Shown piece by piece: positions 60,666 through 64,000 of a DNA stretch of 64,000 nt (positions within the stretch are counted from its first letter, which is position 1; each line of letters starts with the position of its first letter). The position numbers and the translations under genes were made by a program. The notes below the pieces were generated by a model, which searched no databases, was not told where the DNA came from, and saw only the letters and a list, made by a program, of their open reading frames with translations. The stretch comes from Tubulanus polymorphus (taxonomy: Eukaryota > Animalia > Nemertea), in contig NC_134026.1 in NCBI RefSeq assembly GCF_964204645.1, positions 1,015,950 through 1,079,949 on the forward strand. Direction: 5' to 3'.

Positions 60666-63600
60666 GTCTGAATGACTATTACAAACTAGATAACTCGCTA
60701 TCGTCGAGTGTGCTCGAATTGCCGCAGATTCTTATTTTCTATCATCTGTTGACCTTCTCAGTAATGTATATCGGGCTTTGCTTGCATTTGAATGAAATAG
60801 TACAGAAAGTCTTTCGACACGTCTCCATATCAAGTCGCTAACTAATCTTTCGGACGAAATCGGCGCATATGATTTTTTCTGACTTATTAACATCCAGGAC
60901 ACATTTCTAATCCAGAGATAACTGTACATAAATCCGACACGTTATTTGAGGAGTATTTGTGATGTGTTGTGTATCCCGTTTGACGGATAGAAATCTGGCG
61001 CGAAGTGAGTACTAGCACGCGCGGCTCCACTCTCAGTGTCGATTCGCTGACACGGCGAACGCGTTCAACCTCTCTCATTCCCGCGCAACCTGGTGGAGCG
61101 CATAAACACGTATTCGATCGTTAGTCTGAATACCAGACGAGTTATATGGGGGCCTTACGTAGAACACGGCTAGAGACATGGGCAGGAGTCAGAGGGTTCG
61201 GACGACCCCCTTCTTGAAATCAAGTTCCGCATTTATTGGTTCCAAATTTTGCTTTTTTTCACATTCCAGAGATATCATAAATATTTTGCTTTAAAGGTCC
61301 AACAAACGCTCCCCACAAGCTTCGGATTTCAACAAAAGCAAGACTGTTAGGAACATTCAAGCATTTCACAGATTCAAAAATGCTTGTTTGCCTTCCGCGC
61401 TCGGCGGATACGATGCTAAGTATGGCATATAGTTCCGCTTTTATTAATTTTGACCCCCTTTTAAAAATACTAGTGACGCCGCTGAGAGATACTAGACTTA
61501 TCCTGGATATTTGAATGATTCGATCGGTATCGATGGACACGTGATACCGCTCAAACCCGCGGTGTTTATTTCTTTGTTTAGATCGATCTGAGAACAAATC
61601 TGTGAAAGTGCCGACGGGATAAAGCACAACATTCTTCATCGAAACATGCACAGTCGGAACTGCTATACATTAAACCATCACAAAACTTAAATACCTCGGA
61701 ATCGATCGGGTAAACGTATTGAACTATTATCCCCCGTAGAAATATTCCCATCAGGACCCAGCGATTGTTAAGATCGCTCTTGGGTTTGGCATAATTGAAG
61801 ATCTGTCTGTGAGGTCTGTCAGAAACTATATATTGCGAGAACAAATACGATAAAATGGCTTCCATAAAAATGGTGAAATCTATTAAACTCATTTTGTCAC
61901 CGAAACGTAATTCATTGACGAAAGGACACCGTAGAAATTGAACACTTTTGGTGCACGTTATTTGAACCGTGTTTGTAGTCTCAATTTACGGTGTTTTTCA
62001 TTACGTACGTTGTCTTCTGCGGTGAATTCTTGGCGTGCCCAGTTAATTCAATCGTTTGGCTTCTAGTTGACTGATTACAAAATGATACGCCTTAGAACTC
62101 GACTGCAAGTAATTTCAGTCAATTGCCATCGCAACTTATCATTCTTTTAATCAATAGGCAACCCGATAACGACCTCGCTTATCGGTCTTAACGGACCAAA
62201 CTTAATACCATGCAGGAGATTTTTTAACCCCCGTAGAAATATTTTCTCGACAAACTTTTCCCGTTGTGACGTTAGATGCAGATACGTAAATAGAGTTATT
62301 TTAAGATTTCAGATGGAAGTTTCAACAAGCGCAGTAGCTGTAAACAACAGGTTATTGTCGAGTCGCTACAAAACCGGTAACTAATATTTTGTTGTTTAAA
62401 CTATAGCCATTCGATTTTCAGGATATTTTGCGCGATAATCTACACTTTTCGAAGATAAGAAAATCGCGAGACATTTGATTGTTTCAATAATACAGAGTTA
62501 TTGATTAATTTCATCGCCGAAGTTGGAAGAATTTCAGTGATAATAGCAGTCCTTTAAACGAGTATACGGCACACATACATGTAAATATATACAGCGAAAA
62601 CACTAGATAATGATAGAATATACCACACCCAAATATCTATTATTATCTAATTATCTTATGAGATCACTCGCTGTCGTGGTTTGCATTGAGATGTTTCTTT
62701 CGTAAGTGGCAGAAGTGTCAGTTTCACAAAAGAAAATAATGATTCACTGCTAATGAGAAGATTGGTGCCGGGTTGGTATGCCCTGCATAGTCCGGGCCCT
62801 GGTTTGGTCGAGGGCAAGAAACTATCATGTTTTAACATTCATTTATCGACAACACGAAGGCGCCCACACACGTTAGTATTAACTCGTGTTTACGCGAATC
62901 AAGATCAGAATTTCAGAGAGATTGCGAGATGCCGGAAAATCCTGCTATGAAACAAAGGTTTAAGATATCCGTGCCCACGTCGATTCCATTAGCACTTCGT
63001 AAGATTTGATTTATTTGTTTCCGCTATCGCCTAGTTATGGAGTGGCTTTAATTTCGAAATCGAGATCACTGGACTATGCGCATTTTAAGTTTATAATTTT
63101 CTCAGCCTGTAGAACGTTGATCTATCCGTGACTGAAGGCTTTTATCCCTTTGAAGTTTCAATTCATTGTTGCTTTTTCCATCATGCAAATTTTTCATTTC
63201 AATAAACGTTTTATTCTTGTTTCTTATTTCTATAAAGTTTGGCCTATACTGGATATCCCATTCACTGTCCCTCCTTGCTTTAAATATCTAAATATCTGCC
63301 TAAAATAGGCCTACTAAAGACAGTAGATAGAAACGACCGTAAGACCGATATACCCTGAATCCGAAAATTCAAATATGCGGCGTTTGCGCCATCCTCGCTT
63401 GCCAGGGGTCCGGTATCGCTACCCGAACTCGCTTCCACCAGTACGTCTTTAGCAGAGTGGGTTCGAATCCCTTGACAGGTGAAGATGCTTTTGTGCTTGA
63501 AAAGGAAGTTTGGAGTCCATCAATTTGGAGATGCAAAAAAAACTTCGTTACGCCGAGTACCTCTTGGAAAATATTGTTAGTGATGATATGGCCGGGATCG

Positions 63601-64000
63601 TCGTTTCGGCCAGCCGCATTCAAAAGGATAATCGCCGTTTCAGTGAGCGGTTTTACACAAGCAGGAAGCGGTTGCTGGTTTGCGCAGTGCTGTAAAAGCG
63701 GTCGGTGAATGTATACACAACATTTCTGCAAATCACGAATTATTTTCTGCATCTATTTGCTGATTTTAAAGAATTTCAGCGCCTCTGATTGTGCAAATCG
63801 ATGCTGGGAATGATAGTGGGCGAATAGAGCAGATTATGGAATCTTTTCTGCGTCGTTTTGCCGCACAAAATTATGATTTTTAATGAAAAAAGTAAGAAGA
63901 TCGCTAAACTAAAGGTTGAGTGCTCCTGTCTGGGGCTCGTTCAAAAAACCTGTATTGCAGTGACTCACGACTGTGCTGGATATTTAGGGGTTACCCAGTA

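Noticed and set aside
63458-63472. B-box-like gggttcgaatccc
   Set aside because: No A box at the proper distance and no cloverleaf, so not a tRNA.

Overview
Eukaryotic genomic DNA, AT-rich with GT-AG introns; the gene and repeat content suggests a marine invertebrate, probably a lophotrochozoan (inferred). The first 12.3 kb is a compact + strand gene cluster: (i) the 3' six coding exons of a gene with two Castor-like C2H2C2H2 zinc fingers and a coiled coil, (ii) an intronless PTB-like adaptor carrying an EPIYAQVNK motif, (iii) a four-exon secreted protein with two PAN/apple-like domains, and (iv) a small MGCxxS lipidation-motif protein. About 47 kb of gene-poor DNA follows. It holds one intact, very young BEL/Pao LTR retrotransposon (26663-32669; identical 242-bp LTRs, 5-bp TSD, tRNA-His PBS) inserted in a GA-rich repeat, plus LINE 3' fragments, MITEs and microsatellites. 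An intronless biogenic-amine GPCR lies on the - strand at 59463-60665. The most unusual signal is a dispersed family of short non-coding insertions (~150-260 bp). The three clearest copies share a minimal hammerhead-ribozyme core, TG(T/C)GGGATT and ACACGGAT boxes and 13-14-bp target-site duplications, and two of them have an inverted duplication (one a perfect 108-bp palindrome). They look like Penelope-mobilised, retrozyme-like elements. All calls were made by eye; no searches were run.
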